Shown here: piece by piece, positions 15,548 through 17,535 of the stretch
Numbering within the stretch: position 1 is the stretch's first letter
How the letters are laid out: each line of letters begins with the position of its first letter
Assembly: GCA_041572575.1 (NCBI GenBank)
Contig: JBFFSH010000054.1
Span: forward strand, 1-17,535
Length of the DNA: 17,535 nucleotides
Direction: 5' to 3'
Origin: Thermodesulfobacteriota bacterium
Lineage (GTDB): Bacteria > Desulfobacterota_D > UBA1144 > Nemesobacterales > N074bin48
Position numbers and translations under genes: made by a program
Notes under the pieces: model-generated
Databases searched by the model: none
What the model was told of the DNA's origin: nothing
The model's input: only the letters and a program-made list of their open reading frames with translations

Positions 15548-17386
15548 ATGATGTTTAAGAGATTTATCTATTTTTTATTTGTTATGTTGTTTATGATTAA
15601 CCAAACATATGCTGCGGCTATGATTGGTAAATTGTATGTTTACAATATTAACCCTAAAAATCCACAAGTACATCCAATCTTTGAAGGCGATAGAATTAAG
15701 CAGGGCAATAAATATGTGCTTCGCTTAAATGGTGCGACAATGGTGGCTGATTCTAATACTGATGTTCAGATTTTGGATGAACATGGTGTAAAAATAGTTA
15801 AAATTGCAAGTGGAATTATTAGATTCAGAGTAAGCCCTCAGAAGATTAGAATATCATTTCGTACTCCTCAGGGTGAAGTATTTACGCCAGAGGTTATAAA
15901 AGCCAGCACAAATATAATAGACGGACAGATCACGGTTAAAGATAATACTATCGTTGAGCTTAATGAGGGTACGCTTGAAGCTCTTACTCTAAATGGAGTT
16001 ACAAAAATTGAATCGGGTGAGGGTGTACTGTTGACCCAGGCAAATATTGCTCAATCCGATATTGAACAAGCGTCTGAAAATTCAACACCTCCTGCTTCAA
16101 ATGCTGCAAAAGAACAAATAACCACAAATAAAAACCTGGTTGCAGTACGTGACAAGGAAATTCCTGAAAATATACGATAAATACTCGAGCTGATTGGAGA
16201 AAAAGGATCAGCAGAATCTATTTTGAATCCTAAAGGTGAGATTGATCTTGCTAACGTAGATACCTGGCATGGCAACGGAGAACTTGTTGATTTTAATCTT
16301 GCATCTCTGGAACAGGCAAATCTGCCGGTAGGAACTCCGGTAAAGGTAATTTGCGTAAGACCAGAAACACGTAAATCTGATAAAGAAGAGCAGAATAGTG
16401 AAAATAAGGAAGCCGCGAGTAATACGAGCAGCAAAGAGAATAATGGCTGGGAGGCATTGGTAAGACCTCTGGATACATTTTATCCTGAGCAGTTTGGAGA
16501 AAAGAGTCTTATTCAGTTAGATGTGGAAGCAAAGAGTGATCTTCACCCGGAGGGTTTTGTTAATATTAAGTATAGTGAGAGTGAAGGTGAAAACAGTAAC
16601 GATATAAATGATTTATTAAACAGGAGTGTTGAAAACTGGCTTGCTCTGGTGGTTGATGAGGATTTAAGGTTTGAAAAAGGTACAGAAGATAATCGTTATA
16701 TTCTTGAAGGTGACGACCTTAAGGTTATATGTCTTAGGTCAATATTTTTGGTAAAGCCGTCGTATCTGGTAAATAATGAGCATTTAAAATTAGTGGGAAG
16801 GACAGTAAAAACTGCTACCCAACTAAGTCCCAAAGGTAAGGTAAAGATTGACGGAAAGATATTTGATGGAGGGCTTGTAGATTATAATCTTCAGGTTAAA
16901 AAAAATGTAGTAACTCCAAAAGATACTGAGCTTGTTATAGTTGGTGTTAGTGGGTATGACATGACTCTTTTACTTCAAAGACCAGAAGAAGTTCTTAAAG
17001 AAACAAGGTTTATTGGGTCTGTTGTAAAAGCAGAGGATGTGCTAAATCCATATGGAAATGTGATACTTGATAGTAAACAGTGGGCTTCATCGGTTGTAAC
17101 AGACAGCCTCACCCCATTTTATGGTATTGAGATTGAAAAAGATCAAAATCTCACAATAGTTGCAGTTGCTACCCAGCTACTGGTTGTTGAATCGGATCTT
17201 TTGGTTCCGCCATTTTGGAGAGACAAGTGGGTGCCAATACTAACATTATTAACAGCAGGCGCTGCTACGGGTATAATTCTTCCGCTCGCACTCGATGACG
17301 GAGGTGGAAGCGGTCCTGATGCACCTCCACCACCCGGCGATGATGATGACGATGATGATGATGTTGCAAGTCCTGTAATTCCTTAA
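15548..17386 (+). pseudogene. One gene split by an in-frame TAA (16178-16180): exported FecR-like domain + 4 NfeD-type OB-like repeats + C-terminal TM and acidic tail
   Basis: ORFs 15548..16180 and 16223..17386 share a frame. The linker reads ENIR*ILELIGEKGSAESILNPKG, and the first repeat begins upstream of the track's TTG start. Signal peptide (QTYA/AA); FecR-like SGIIRFRV...FRTPQG. Confidence 0.7.
17338..17362 (+). repeat. GAT/GAC trinucleotide run encoding poly-Asp
   Basis: gatgatgatgacgatgatgatgat within the C-terminal tail. Confidence 0.8.
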
Positions 17387-17395
17387 AGTTATAAT

Positions 17396-17535
17396 TGACC
17401 TTCACCCCGTAAACTGAACCAGTCAAAAGTAGAGAAATCTGGCAAAATAACGTAATAAATCAGGAGGTATTTTGCCATGAGGAAGTCAAGATTTACAGAA
17501 CAACAGATAGCTTTTGCTTTAAAGCAGGCGGAGAC
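17396..17535 (+). mobile_element. Left end of an IS3-family (IS407-like) insertion sequence, partial
   Basis: Begins TGACCTTCACCCCGTAAACTGAACCA (5'-TG terminus typical of IS3 IRL), followed by SD GGAGG and OrfA. Confidence 0.88.
17477..17535 (+). CDS. IS3-family transposase OrfA N-terminus (truncated by the window)
   Basis: MRKSRFTEQQIAFALKQAE; SD GGAGG at 17463-17467. Confidence 0.9.
   Translation, partial: MRKSRFTEQQIAFALKQAE

Noticed and set aside
16178..16180. Genome-wide stop-codon reassignment or Sec/Pyl insertion
   Set aside because: The codon is TAA, and conserved genes in the window terminate at expected lengths with TAA, TAG and TGA.
10867..16478. ORFs 10867..11112, 11145..11327, 12560..12742, 14559..14810, 16051..16434, 16293..16478
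   Set aside because: All overlap better-supported genes on the opposite strand.
1..17535. CRISPR array, rRNA, prophage or defence system
   Set aside because: No repeat-spacer array, rRNA, phage structural gene, integrase or recognisable defence gene was seen.

Overview
AT-rich bacterial chromosomal segment bounded at both ends by insertion sequences. At the left is the 3' end of an IS256-family (IS1249-like) element that has truncated the endonuclease V gene (nfi). At the right is the start of an IS3-family element. Between them lie housekeeping genes (gshB-gatC-gatA, rsmI, trpS, an RRM RNA-binding protein, tRNA-Thr(CGT), tRNA-Ser(GCT), tRNA-Arg(ACG)) and surface-glycan genes (SAM methyltransferase + GT2, NTP_transf_5 nucleotidyltransferase, O-antigen-ligase-like membrane protein). 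There are also a lipocalin, a DUF4301 protein and several hypothetical proteins. Signals missing from the ORF track: (i) a 56-aa CxxC-x8-CxxC microprotein directly after gatA, where gatB usually lies; (ii) a degenerate copy of the tRNA-Thr 3' half about 1 kb downstream of the tRNA, bracketing the lipocalin as a probable att-bounded islet; (iii) the last two ORFs are in frame and separated by one TAA, so they form one gene for an exported FecR-like + 4x NfeD-type OB-repeat protein with a TM/Gly-Pro-Asp/ASPxxP tail; (iv) a peptidase-M49-like protein with a rewired metal site; (v) several genes with a -10 box 6-8 nt before the ATG and no SD, which suggests leaderless translation. All family assignments come from motif recognition by eye; no searches were run.
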